Positions 23,621 through 35,677 of a stretch of DNA of 64,000 nucleotides are shown in pieces. The translations under genes and the position numbers were made by a program. This DNA comes from Tricharina praecox (lineage: Eukaryota): the NCBI RefSeq assembly GCF_024521635.1, contig NW_026250405.1:1736001-1800000 (forward strand). Direction: 5' to 3'. How positions within the stretch are numbered: the stretch's first letter is position 1; each line of letters begins with the position of its first letter. The notes beneath the pieces were generated by a model. It worked only from the letters and a program-made list of their open reading frames with translations, did not search any database and was not told the DNA's origin.

Positions 23621-24751
23621 CTACATGTCTACGTCCGCAACAGTGTCCGCAACAGTGACTACACCAGTGTCCGCACCAGTGTCCGCAACAGTGTCCGCAA
23701 CAGTGCCCCACGCCCTGCCGCCCACCATCTCATCAGCCCACCGCTTCGCCTCCTCCTTCTCCATGCCACCCCTAACCAGCAGCGTCTCGACAACCTCTCC
23801 CCCAAACCTCTGTCCCACAATCCCCGTCCCATCAACCCCGTTAACCTCCTCAACCACACCCTTATCCGCGACCACCTCACCCACGGGCAAGCGCATCGTA
23901 AACTTCGGCGTCTGCCCATAAACCCACTCCTGGCTCTCCATCTTCCTCACAGCTTTCATTACCAGCTCCTTCTCCATGGCCTCTTGCTCCCCCACCACCG
24001 CAATCCCAGCGTTCCCATAGAGGGTAGCAAACTCCTCCACCGCAGCACTGACAAACTCCTTCGCGTCGACGCCAGTATTGGTGACGGGACTGGGCACACT
24101 CGCGACGCCCCTGGCCGTGATCACGTCCTTGGCCGGACACTTCAACAGCTCCTTGACCCTATCCAAATCCGTCGAGAGCAGCATCGTGCCATGGTGATAA
24201 CTCCGCAACCTCGTGAGCTTATACGCCGATCCGGACACCTTCCTACTCCCCTCGACCTCTGTATCAATCTTCTCCTTGAGCTTCTTGGTCACCTTGCCTT
24301 CGGGCAGCACCACGATATCGTGTCTCGCATTGACCGCGGCGCCGGCGACGCCCAGCTGCCGCAGCACACGCACCATGAGCTTCGCATGCGTATCGCGGTT
24401 AAACTCCGCGGTCGGCACAGTGACGGAGTAGTTAACGTTGCCCTGGTCGTGGAACACGGTGCCGCCGCCGCTGAACCGGCGGAGCAGGTGGACTCCTGGC
24501 GTGCGCAGCACGAGCGAGTGGTGCGTCTCCACCCATGGGTTCTGATTTCGGCCGAGGATCAGCGCGGGCGTGTTGATGTACACCAGCAGTGTCCGTGTCG
24601 TCTCCGGTAATGACGTGAATAGGTAGTTTTCGAGCGCGAGGTTCAGGTGCGGGCTTTGGGAGAGCGATAGGTAGATCTGCGTGCTGATTGGAGAGGTCAA
24701 CAGCGCGCTGAAGGTGTGGGTTGGGCGTAGGAGGCCTCGCGAGGGGGACAT
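23621..24751 (-). CDS. AIM22: Lipoate-protein ligase A-like (Aim22/LplA)
   Basis: Motifs NLALENYLF, ILGRNQNPWVE, RRFSGGGTVFHDQGNVNYS, KVSGSAYKL and HHGTML. Confidence 0.85.
   Translation of the reverse strand: MSPSRGLLRPTHTFSALLTSPISTQIYLSLSQSPHLNLALENYLFTSLPETTRTLLVYINTPALILGRNQNPWVETHHSLVLRTPGVHLLRRFSGGGTVFHDQGNVNYSVTVPTAEFNRDTHAKLMVRVLRQLGVAGAAVNARHDIVVLPEGKVTKKLKEKIDTEVEGSRKVSGSAYKLTRLRSYHHGTMLLSTDLDRVKELLKCPAKDVITARGVASVPSPVTNTGVDAKEFVSAAVEEFATLYGNAGIAVVGEQEAMEKELVMKAVRKMESQEWVYGQTPKFTMRLPVGEVVADKGVVEEVNGVDGTGIVGQRFGGEVVETLLVRGGMEKEEAKRWADEMVGGRAWGTVADTVADTGADTGVVTVADTVADVDM
23627..23705. repeat. 12-bp tandem repeat encoding (TVAD)n at the ligase C-terminus
   Basis: CAGTGTCCGCAA-like units, about 6 copies. 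Confidence 0.8.
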
Positions 24752-25158
24752 CGTGGGATCGATCGGCGGAGGTGGGGTGGGGGATTGTGTGGGAGAGGTG
24801 GGAGTGGGAAGTGGTGGGGCTGAAATTGCGGATTATTGGAGGGATTAGGCGATGTGCGCAGGAACACGCATGCGGATTAGCTCGGGTGGAAGCCGTGGCG
24901 GATAATTGTTCGCGATCGATCGATAAAGCAGGCGACCACGACGGACGGCAGAGAATGGAGATTGGCGGCATGAGTGCGAGAGTTTCTCCGGTAGAGACAG
25001 AATTGCGGTCGATAGCGGAAGATGACTGTTGCGCCGAGTCAGACGGCCCCGTAATGGTCTGTCGGTCGATCTTATGTGCGGCGGGCGAGACGAGACGGGC
25101 GGATGAACAGAAACGCGGGGCAATAAAAACCCCCACCAAATCCCATCGACAGCACTCC

Positions 25159-25165
25159 TGACTCA
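25159..25165 (+). promoter_or_regulatory. Gcn4/CpcA-type element TGACTCA upstream of ARO2
   Basis: Perfect TGACTCA about 70 bp upstream of the ATG of an amino-acid biosynthesis gene. Confidence 0.5.
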
Positions 25166-25236
25166 CAAACCCACCTCCATCTCCCTCCTCACTCTCAATC
25201 GCCATTTCCGACTCCCACCACCACCACTAAACAAAC

Positions 25237-26585
25237 ATGTCAACCTTCGGCACCTCTTTCCGCGTCACCACGTTTGTGTTCCTATTCAGAATTGTCCTCA
25301 GCCGCACTAACACTCTCTCCCCCCAGCTACGGTGAATCGCATTGTCGCTCCGTGGGATGCATTGTCGACGGTGTTCCCCCGGGACTTCCTTTGACAGAAG
25401 CCGACATCCAGCCGCAGTTGTCCCGTCGCCGTCCCGGCCAAAGCGCGCTTACCACTCCCCGCGATGAGAAGGACCAGGTGCAGATTCACAGTGGTACTGA
25501 GTTCGGCTACACTCTCGGCACTCCCATCGCTATGATGGTGCAGAACCAGGACCAGCGGCCACACGACTACTCCGAGATGGACCTCTACCCGCGTCCGTCG
25601 CACGCAGACTTCACCTACCTGCAAAAGTACGGTATCAAGGCGAGCTCGGGTGGTGGCCGTAGCTCGGCGAGAGAAACCATCGGTTTGTTTCCCCCAGAAG
25701 CACCGACGGGATGAGACTGAGCAGTGTACAGGTCGTGTCGCCGCCGCCGGTATCGCCGAGAAGTACCTGTCGCTCACCCACAACACCACTATCACCGCCT
25801 TCGTCTCTAGCGTAGGACCCATCCACCTCCCGCTCTCGAAGACCCCCGACTCCCCCGACTACCACGCCTTCCTCGCCTCCATCACCCGCGAAAAAGTCGA
25901 CTCGTTCCTCCCCGTGCGCTGTCCCGACGCCGAGAGCAACGACCAAATGGCGGACCTGATCGCGAGCTACCGCGACAAGAAAGACAGCATCGGCGGCACG
26001 GTGACGTGCGTGATCCGCAACGTGCCGATTGGGCTCGGCGAGCCGTGCTTCGACAAGCTCGAGGCGAAGCTCGCGCACGCGATGCTGTCAATCCCGGCCA
26101 CCAAAGGCTTCGAGATCGGCTCCGGCTTCGACGGCACCGAGATCCCCGGCTCGGTGCACAACGACATGTTCGTGCCGCACCCGTCCAACCCCGGCGCGCT
26201 CGCCACCTCCACAAACTACTCCGGCGGCATCCAGGGCGGCATCTCGAACGGCCAGGATATCTACTTCCGCGTCGCCTTCAAGAGCCCCGCCACTATCGGC
26301 GTCGCCCAGCAGACCACAAAGTACAGCGGTGAGCAGGGCACCCTCGAGGCCAAGGGCCGCCACGACCCCTGTGTCGTGCCCCGCGCCGTGCCGATCGTCG
26401 AGGCGATGGCCGCGCTCGTCATCATGGACGCGCTGTGTGTGCAGCAGAGCCGTGAGGCGTGCCGTAGTGCGCTGCCGCCGTTGAAGCAGCCTGCTGGCCT
26501 CAAGACCAAGGAGGTGCAGGATGGCAGTGAGAGGATCCCCGAGATTGAGGGGAAGGGACAGGGAGAGGTTTTCGGCGACGAGTAG
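25237..26585 (+). CDS. ARO2: Chorismate synthase
   Basis: The start [17 protein letters not shown] is spliced, with introns 25272-25326 and ~25683-25731. Motifs [35 protein letters not shown] and [18 protein letters not shown]. Confidence 0.95.
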
Positions 26586-28667
26586 GGGAAAAATAAGGAT
26601 TGCGTAGGAATCAGTGTAAAAAAACTTGATAGATATGGGATTCACTCACACTGTAATTTGTACCTTGAGTTTGACTTCGGATTCGCAGTGGCTGTTGGTT
26701 ATCTGTGGGTCATCACGTGCCTGCTTGCCGATCCTATTCTAGATTAACCCGGTCAAGGCGGCATTAGTTGATATCTTCACCATATCTCCCGCCTTGTATC
26801 AAGATTCTCTCTCGCCTTTAAGCAACCCACCTCATCTCCCATCTCGTATAGTGACCGGTTCACAATCACGAGTGATGATACGTGAATCCGTAGGACCACT
26901 TCGGAAGCTAGTAATTTACTGGTATACTTTCCGTGAATTCTGCCCTTCTCCAGTCTCCACAGCAGTCTTCACATACTTTTCTCTGAGCTCTCCAAGCCGA
27001 TCCCACACGCTTGGAGCGAGCGAGCGAGTGCGGAGTCGGTTGTGTTCAACTTCCAAGCCCCTCGGGCCCTCAATATGGGATCGGATCAATTAGTTTGTGC
27101 TCATGGCAGGAATATTCAAATACTCCAGAGTCCAGGGCTAGTCTAGCGAGATCTTTCTAGCCAGGTTCATGTGATTTATTCACCCAATGTTGTACCTATC
27201 ACATTGTCGACGATCGCATGGAGGCGGTTTCTGCTGACACCCCTCCATCATACCTATCTCGATGCTCAACACGTTGTAACTAGTGGGCGCCGCTTGCAGT
27301 CCCATCGGGCATCTGCTCAATAGCTTCGTGGTAGACAATACATGTAACCTGTGCTCCATCTGCATCATCTTCCCCTCGACGGTGCAAAGCGCTGAAGCCG
27401 GTATATCCTTCCTTTCAAACCTGCAAGACACTCTCCTCCGGGAGTCCTCCTCAGCTGAAGCAATCCATTCGGGTTTCGTACATAACTATTAACTACTCCA
27501 TTGCTCTCGAAAGTATGCCAATTTCATTTCCGGAATCGGTAGAACAAACACGTGGTAATCAACAGAATGGATTGTGTAGGGTTGAAACTTGAAGGATTGC
27601 GGTGATGTCGGCTAGCCACATACGGTACTTAGTTCAGCCCAAAATTTCAGAAACTGGCAGTCCGTGGCGGCAAAATCTTAGACGGGCTGACTTCACACCA
27701 CCCTCCAATTTTATAGGCTGGAGTAGGTATTAGGATCACTGGATAGGCGCGATGGAGCGTAAAGTAGACGCACAACGGACGGGTGGATTCTCACCTGCGA
27801 AAAATTCAACAGCCGTGCCGTGGCTCGTGGGATTGTAGGTGCTGAAGCCATGAGCGAACTAGGCGGGTATTCAAAGGCAGTGCTACCGCGTATTCAAGAT
27901 AATGGGAGTGATATGGTATCAACACGGTCAAAATAGTTTTTGTGCCCTGATACAATATCAATTGGGTGTAGAAAAGGTATGCGTCCTGCGGGAAACAAAG
28001 TTTTTATTACCTCCACTAACGCCCAGCTCGTAATCGTTGGAATGAATTAAATACGACCATCTACTGTAGATCATGGAACATATACCCAGGTACACACATC
28101 ATTCCTGTCTGCAGTCTCGCTTTAGCGCGAATGCGCTTAAGTGGGGCGGGCGCGGCACAGCGCCTTCGCCTCGCGCGTCCTCCACCTGCGTGATCGCACC
28201 AACACTCCCATTTTCTTCAAGATGCGGTCGCACTACCTTTTATTTTTACCCTCCTCGCTATACAGTACACTCAAGAAAGACCCGTTGGCGTAAATTTAAC
28301 GCCCCAAGTAAGCACGAAATGACTAAACGCGTTTCTCCATAAAACAAGACAGAACAAAATAAGGCGGAATCGGCTGGCATTCGTCGCGGCATGAAAGGCT
28401 ATAAACAATCAAAGCCTGAATTAGGGAAGTAAACTTAGCAAGAGAAAAAGGAAGTGAAAATGCAAAGAGATCCGCCAGTTTCGAGCGCTTTGGAACAGTG
28501 TCCCATTGATGTCGATCTACCATATCAACGACGAATCTCTGCACCAGTAGTGTGAGGACTGCACAACACCGACGCGGACGACAAGGCGCTCTGGATTGCA
28601 GCTGGTAAGTCATCTGGATCATCGCAACAGAAATCAGGTGGAGTACATACCTATGTACCAGTAGAAG

Positions 28668-30353
28668 ACTATCTGTGACTCCTTTTGTTGGAGGGAAATT
28701 CCGTAAGTGTTAGGCCCTTGTTAGATGATATAAGGTTCTTCACGAATTCTTTAACACCGGGTACCCATGAGCAGTCGGAATGGTTGTCGGGGTATAAATA
28801 GACCCGAATTCTGCCACGCTGTTGGAAATTGTCTGCAGACTGGTGGCGCGTATGCTTTTTTCATCCGACAAGCCGCAGCGATCAAAAGTTCCGACAAACG
28901 CCCCTAGCTGAAGGTATTCGCATTCCGCCTGACGCCGGGATCTAATGCACCTCGAGATTGGCCTCACTTGTCCGGGACGTATGGAGAGTCGCGCGCGGAC
29001 TGCCCGTATATGTGACACGAATTTGTCCATGAGAGCTTTCCATGATTCCATGAGTTTTTCTAGCAGAAGGTAAACGGTCAGCGATCGCGTTGGGGAAAGG
29101 GACCCTTGGTACCTAGGAAAATACATACCCGTCACCTTCTGCGGGGTGTGGATGTGGATGCTAACGTAGAAGGACGAGGTAATGGGTATGTTGGAGAGAA
29201 TGATGTATTTTGACACCGCCGTGAAGATGGTGTCATATCCGAAAACATATGAAATCAACAACCATTCGATGTTGTTATCGAACTGTAAAATTCTCTGTCC
29301 TATCGGCAGGAAGAACCTGTCCGCGACGGGCTGCAGACTCGGCGAGCCGACGGAATGCCACAGTCGTGTGTGCTCGACGAGTCTTTCCCGGGTCACGAAC
29401 GGCCTGCCGCAGTGGCAGCGAAAGATGGCCATCTCCCAATCTTCGATCCATGAATCGTCAACCGGCGCGAGGTTGTGCTCTTCTTTCCTCTCGAGCACGA
29501 CGTCCGTCTGAGTCTCTAAATCGCGAGTGCTAAGCGTACGCTCGGTCGTAATGTCTATCCGTGCCTCGGAACCGTGGGCATCGACACCTGTAGGTGTGCC
29601 CGTAGTAGTCTCACTGTCCGAGTCGCCGGGTGCAACAGGCGCGACGGTTCCTCCTCTATCCTTCGAATCGACGGGTACAGCCTGTGTGCCCATACCAGTC
29701 TCACCGCCCTTGTCGCCGAATGCAACAGTCGCGACAGTGCCTCCTCCATCCTTCGAATCGATGGGTACAGCCGGTGTGCCCATAGCAATCTCACCGCCCG
29801 ATTCGCCGGATGCAACAGTCGCGGCAGTGCCTCCTCCATCCTTCGAATCTATGAGTACAGCCGGTGTGTCCATAGTAGTCCCCAGGCCTGGCAACCGTCC
29901 GTTCAGTCCGTCCTGGGCTATGCCCCGGAAGGGGCTGGGTCGCCGGGCCCTAACAGTCTTCCGTCCGAACAGACCATTCCCATACCTGGTAGTCCCACCG
30001 CCCGAGTCGCCGGATACAACCGGTGCGACAGTGCTTCCTCCTTCATCCTTCGCATCTATGGATACAGCAGGCATACCGATACCGGCGGTAACTTCGGTTC
30101 TCGTCGAGCCCGCGCCGTCCGTCTCAGCGAGGACCAAGGTCAAATTCGCTGTGGCTTCATGGGCCGATTCCAAGCTGTCTGCGATCACGATTGCTGCATT
30201 CGAACTGTCTCTTACCGCCACACAGGGTGTTGGATTCGTATCGTCCGACAGCGGAGCTAGCAGGAAAGGTTGGGAAGTTGGTGGTCGCCCAAAAGTAAAG
30301 GCCATATGCGACAATAAATTGATTTCCTCTCTCTCTCTCGTATCGTCCGACAT
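28668..30353 (-). pseudogene. C2H2-ZF/BTB family copy 3, BTB core deleted and C-terminal frameshift
   Basis: The finger FRCHCGRPFVTRERLVEHTRLWH is joined directly to LQPVADRF..WLLISYVFGY. A 69-nt intron lies at 29060-29128. The conserved tail (DCSWVP..GLTLTEFPS) sits in another frame after ~28795. Confidence 0.7.
29605..30080 (-). repeat. 90-bp (30-aa) coding repeat, three tandem copies plus one separated copy
   Basis: Units such as MGTPAVPIDSKDGGGTVATVAFGDKGGETG. Confidence 0.85.
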
Positions 30354-31404
30354 CTTGTACGCTCACGTCCGCGGTGCTGTTCCGATGCAGGTGGTGAGAG
30401 TGAAGTGGGGTGGACGGATGCGAGGTGAAGCAAGGGAGAAGAGAGGAAAGTCAAATATATGCCTGATGCTTAGGGCGCCAGGTACATATCATATGGGCGA
30501 AACGTGATATTCGCATGCTTAAGCGCCGGCACAGCTGTGGGCTCACCCACTCAAACTCACCCTCGAGACGACGACGATTGGGTGTGTCACAATCGCCGGG
30601 ATCATGGTGTGCATGATTTCTGGTCAATTCGCTAGGTGTCAGTAGTCGTTGAGATTCTTCATGACACGGGCAGGACATACTTTGATACGAGAGCGAGAGA
30701 CTGACAGATCGTTCTTCCCGGTAATTACCTATGTAGGCATTATGTACATACTGGCAGGGGACACCGTAACGTGACCGAAGTCGAAACACAGTTTGGTAGT
30801 GTCCCTATCACGTGGTGATGCCCCGTCCTCAATACCATTCCTCGGTCTTCCTCGTCGCCCTACACTCAGTCCTTGTGGTTTTGATGTGCCAACCAACATC
30901 CAGCTGGACTACTTCCAAGATGCCTCGAGGGGGCAAAACTGATGTCTCCGTTCCGGCTCAAATCCCAGTGACTGGAGCTAATCTATTTACTGATTTAGCC
31001 AACAGGTATAGGCGCCGAGCGGAGGTCGCCCGGCCATTGAGCAGTAAAAAATACCTACATGGGGTAGGACACCCACCGTCTTCCCGGACGGTTTAATCCC
31101 AGACGTCTCGCCAGCCACCCATGGTCCACGGGCCATCTGCAGCATGATTTCGGGTTTTGTCGACGAGCCACAGTGGAAAGCGTGCTTCTGGTACACACCC
31201 TCCTGTGTAGCCGCTTTTGCCGACCGACGACTTCGGACTTCGAAGGGGAAGAGCGCTTAATCGGGCTAATCTCTAACCTAACTAGGCCAGCACCCGATCT
31301 GAATTCGTGTGGACGTTGTCAAGGGGTACTCTACTTTAGTGCATGACTACCATGCCATTCATCCAGCCGCGAGACACCTGGACTGCCTATAGGCCTCACA
31401 ACTA

Positions 31405-31527
31405 CTCACACGGCCGGAAAGACTTATCCCCCTATTAGATCTGTGGCTATGATTTGTTCAACCGTAGTAAGTGCTCATCCTCAGCCACAGATCTAACAGG
31501 GGGGATAAGTCTTTCCGGCCGTGTGAG
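31405..31527. mobile_element. MITE 1 (123 bp, ~44-bp terminal inverted repeats, TA flanks)
   Basis: TA|CTCACACGGCCGGAAAGACTTATCCCCC..TTAGATCTGTGGCT...AGCCACAGATCTAA..GGGGGATAAGTCTTTCCGGCCGTGTGAG|TA. Confidence 0.7.
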
Positions 31528-31540
31528 TAGTAAATATGTA

Positions 31541-31625
31541 CTCGGGTGTGAGGGAAAGTGATGCACCACCACTATCACCGCAAAATGGTGCCTAAGGAGG
31601 TGCACCACTTACCCTTACACCCGTG
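31541..31625. mobile_element. MITE 2 (85 bp, ~27-bp imperfect terminal inverted repeats, TA flanks), Tc1/mariner-like ends
   Basis: TA|CTCGGGTGTGAGGGAAAGTGATGCACC...GGTGCACCACTTACCCTTACACCCGTG|TA, with 4 mismatches between the arms. Confidence 0.6.
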
Positions 31626-31861
31626 TACTTAACCGGGTTGCGCGACATGATCGAACCCCTGCGGATATAACTACTATGCACTACATAATAGTACTGCGAT
31701 CACTCGGGCCAGAGATCGACCCGCCAGTCTTCTACGATGAAACCGTAGACGGAATTTGGCTGTTCCATAGGCAGAGCCTGTTAAAAAAATAATCGGACAC
31801 AGAACCTGGGAAAAGCGGAAGGACAACGGTAGTATGTAGGAGGCATCACGCACACGGCTGT

Positions 31862-32540
31862 TATTTTTTTTAGAGAGAGATCTTCCTTTTTATTTCGCAT
31901 GCAGCCTACTTATCTAGACTATGGCGAACCGTCGCACTCCTTTCCTGCCTACTCTAGCCGGGGTTTGAGACTCCGTTACCAGCCAGCACGATGTGGCGCC
32001 GCTGCCTGCTTGCCAAACAAATAACAAAATAAACGAAATTATACTAAGAAAATATTACCGCATATCCTTATTTCCTACTTCCTCGCACCAGCCGCAGACA
32101 CAGTACCCTTCTGGGCACTCTTGCTCTGCCCCCAATGCGATGCTTGCCTCCTTTCCATCCTCCTCCTCCAGGTCTGGTGGAGCTTTCCTCCCCACATCGG
32201 TCGTTCCTAAAAACTCTAGGATTGCCTCGCTACACCGCTCATCGGCGAACAACTCCGCTATCGACCACCTGTCTTTCCTTCTGTTCGTCTTCTTCCCAAC
32301 CTTTCCCCACAAGGCTTTCTGCTGGCTTCTCCACCGTGAGCAGTTTTTGAACAGGTGCTCGCGTGATTGCTTGGTAGGCCTGTTGCACCACCAGTAATGA
32401 TCATCCTCCCGCTTCTTTATCCACTTCAGGTACATCGCCGTGAGGGCGTGCCCTGTCTTCAGCTGGTAGAAGCGGGCGGCTAGCTTCTTTGGCGCTTTGG
32501 CGGGGAGCGGACCGGGGGTCTTTTCGGGGGCTGTCTGATA
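31862..32540 (-). mobile_element. 5'-truncated LINE (Tad1-like) 3' end
   Basis: ORF2 C-terminal segment ARFYQLKTGHALT..YL..WWC..QSREHLFKNCSRW..ILEFLGTTDVG, a degenerate CCHC region. It is followed by a 3' UTR ending AATAAAAAG..AAAAAAATAA. Confidence 0.8.
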
Positions 32541-33323
32541 TTGTACAAACACGGTGGATTTGTTTAGATACACACATGGGTATCACTCGCATTGGGTTTC
32601 CGTCGTAGGCCAAAATGCGATGGCGGATTTGAGAAGGCTACTGTGGCAAAAATCTGTAGAAATTGACACTGGATTGACACCATGTCTATGCAGGGTTTTT
32701 ATTGGTTTGAGAATTTGGATTAGACCACGTATTAACCGCCGTACGTTTCGCTTCCTCCTTTCTCTCGATGGCGATGTTCATCGTATAGATTCTCGCCTCC
32801 ACAGCGGCACAGCCGGCAACCCAAAGTCGTGTCACATGATACCACCGAGTGATATTTGGACGATTCATCTCACGCTGCGGATCACTTTGTACACATGCGA
32901 CGTACATTGCGCTGGGAGGTTTAGCTACATTCCATGGCGATGGCGTACCTATCACCTCCGCCGCAGCTAGGTAAGTACTTAGTTACTTGCACGCTTTACG
33001 TGTTCATTAAGAGATGCGTGATTCACACTTTGCTTGTACCTTAGGGAGTGTCCTCATTTTTATCGGATCGTCTACTAGTACGGCAATCCCTACATTTGGC
33101 GGTTATCGTTATCGTCCAGTAAGTTGCAATTAATCACCCACCCCGTCATCCCATTTTCCTTCAGTTCGTCCATCTCCAGATGCAACTGAAGACGACGGTG
33201 CAGTTTGCAAGAGTTTTCATTCCCCAACGAGAGAAGCGCCTACAAACTGAAAAAGAAAAAAACAATTTTTCCGCCCTACCCCCCACCCCCCCGCCCACCA
33301 TATCGACCAACCCCCAGGCGTCT

Positions 33324-34270
33324 AGTAGAGTCCTCCCCAGACGCCGCGGATGTTGAACCTCGGCACAGCCGGGTTCTCCATGCACAGGTACGAGAAATCG
33401 TACCTGCTCAAGTCGGCGGTCTATAGAGTAGTTAGTATCCACAGTGCACACGTCTCCTCGAATCGATTCATCAACTTACCGATGCGGCGGGTAACGAGCC
33501 CGCCAGCGAAGCTTGGCCTCCCAGATCTTCTTCGCCTTCTCCATCATGGCCGCGTACTCGGAGCCCACAGGCCCTGGCGCCTGGAGCTTTTCCCAGTACG
33601 CGCCAGATTCTTTCTGCACCTTAAGCTTGGCCAGCTGTCGCAGGGGACGTCAGTACGTTGGTCTTCACGGGGGGAGTCAAGCAGGGAAACTTACGACTTC
33701 CTTCACCTCCTCGTCGTCGTAATACCGCTGCCGGTCATCGTCGGCGCGGATGAACCTACCGCCGACGATGACCCTGGCGACGTTGGTGTTGGCTTCCGGG
33801 CCAGCCGGACCGGCTTCTGCACCAACCATAGGAGCAGCGGCAACCTTGCGGGCGCCCCTGCTCCTGTGTTCCCTCGTCTCCAGGAGAATTTTGGCCGCGG
33901 CCTTGCGGCGGGCGTCGATATCGTTGTCCTCGACGCAGCGATGCTGCTCACTTGCCCGCGCCTCCCTCGCCGCATCCCGACGCTCCAGCAACTGCTGGTC
34001 GTTGGGGCGCTGCGGAGGTGGGGAGACAGGACGCGGGAAGTAGGTGCCGTAGCGCCCGCCGCCACGGCCTCTTCCTCCCGCGAACGTACCCCGTCCTCGC
34101 CAGCCTCCACGGGTGTTCCCGGGAGCGTAGTAGTTGTGAGCACCGCGTCCGGCGACCTGGTCCCTGCGGTGTTCCTGAACCTGTTAGGAGCACCGCCGGT
34201 CTCCGTGGTGTCAAGATTAGACGTCCGGAAGGCTCTAGAAAACTCACGATCCCAAGGCTCCACCTGATGA
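33324..34270 (-). CDS. Hypothetical spliced gene, 5' part uncertain or possibly degenerate
   Basis: Two canonical introns (GTAAGT..CTGAC..CAG at ~33635-33694 and GTAAGT..CTAAC..TAG at ~33421-33479) link open frames ending ...VWGGLY*. I do not recognise a domain. Confidence 0.4.
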
Positions 34271-34546
34271 CGCGGCGCGGACCGTGCTCGTCTCAGAAGC
34301 CGAAGAATTTGAGTATCTCCTACGTAAAGAATATCCTGCCATGGACAAGACGAACGTGTATATAGAGGGCCTCTCTGGCCCGACGAGAAGTGGAGAATCA
34401 ACTGGAAATTTTCTATCTATCTACCTATCCATCCCTATCTCTATCTTGACACCCCCAGTGCCCCACCACTCCACATGCCCGCTTCCCCCACCACCATCTA
34501 AGTTCCCCACTCTCCCTCCAGTACACCCGGAATCCACCCCGGCGCC

Positions 34547-35677
34547 TTAGCGCTTGGGGGCATCGGTGGCTGGGCCGGCCTTGGCAGTGGTCTCCTGCTC
34601 CTTGCCAGGAGCACTGTTGGTCGTGCTCCTCGTCTCAAGGTCGGGACGACGACGGTATGGGGCACTATTGTGGGAACGATTAAAGTTTCCCGTGTAACTG
34701 AGAATGGGATACGGCCGGCTCCTGCTGATCAGTTTGCGGGGAACTGGTACAACTTCATCGGAGTCATGGACGGCGACGGCGCTCATGTTCTGAGCAGTGT
34801 CGCCTGCGGCGTTGTCCTTGGAAATATCCGAAGTGACAGCCGCGGCGTCCTTGTGGGTGAGCTGGCGTCCCTCGATGCTGGTAGTTATATCGGCCTCTGC
34901 GACGGAAGCAGAATTTCCTGGAGTGATGTTCTCCTTGTTGATGCTCTCTGGCTCGTTGCGAGGAGCACTGTCCTTCTTGTTGGCGGTGAACTCGGCCGTC
35001 TTGGGCGGGCGCGCAGGGGAGACCGAGTGGCTTCTGGTTACGGGGTCGGAGCGACGACGGTGGGAGTTTTCTGTGGTTGTGTCTTTGGTGGTGGAAGGCT
35101 TGGTCGGGCGGCGGCGACCACGGACCTTTCCCTTGGAGACGGCGTTCTTGTCTTTAGTAGTGGCCCCGACAGCTTTAGCATTGGTGACAACTTCTTTCTC
35201 CTTGGTGACAGCGTTGCCCTTGGTGACAACTCTGTCCTTGGTGACATCCGACGTGTCGGTGTTCTTGTCCCCAGCAGCGTCACCCACAGCCTTGGCCTTG
35301 GCGACTTTCTTGATCTTGAACGTGAGTGTAGCGCCATTCTTATCCTTGACGACATACTCGTCCTTTTTGGGAGTGATGTTACGTCCCTCAGCGACGGAAG
35401 AAGTGTCTGGAGCGGTGGTGGTGTTGTTGGTGTTGCCAACGCCACGCGTGCTATTATCCTTGGAGACGACACCTTCGACAAGTTGGTGGGCGACGGGTTC
35501 AGAACACCATCAATCTTGAGACCCGAGCTGTTAGCGACAGCGGACTCAATGGTAGACAGCGGAAAAGAACTAAAATTGCTCTCCTATGCAGCGCGAGTGG
35601 ACCTGTCGATGGGCCTTCGAGTCGACGTCAGGGTTTGGCTTCATAAAATCAGCCGCGGTGGGGCGTTTAGGAGTCAT
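34547..35677 (-). CDS. Hypothetical low-complexity T/K/D-rich protein, possibly frameshifted
   Basis: A long open frame contains VTKD/VTKG repeats. There is a candidate first exon (MTPKRPT..) and an intron with GCTAAC, but the frames do not join cleanly. Confidence 0.3.

Noticed and set aside
27100..28650. Short ORFs that might be a decayed gene
   Set aside because: No recognisable motif and multiple stops.
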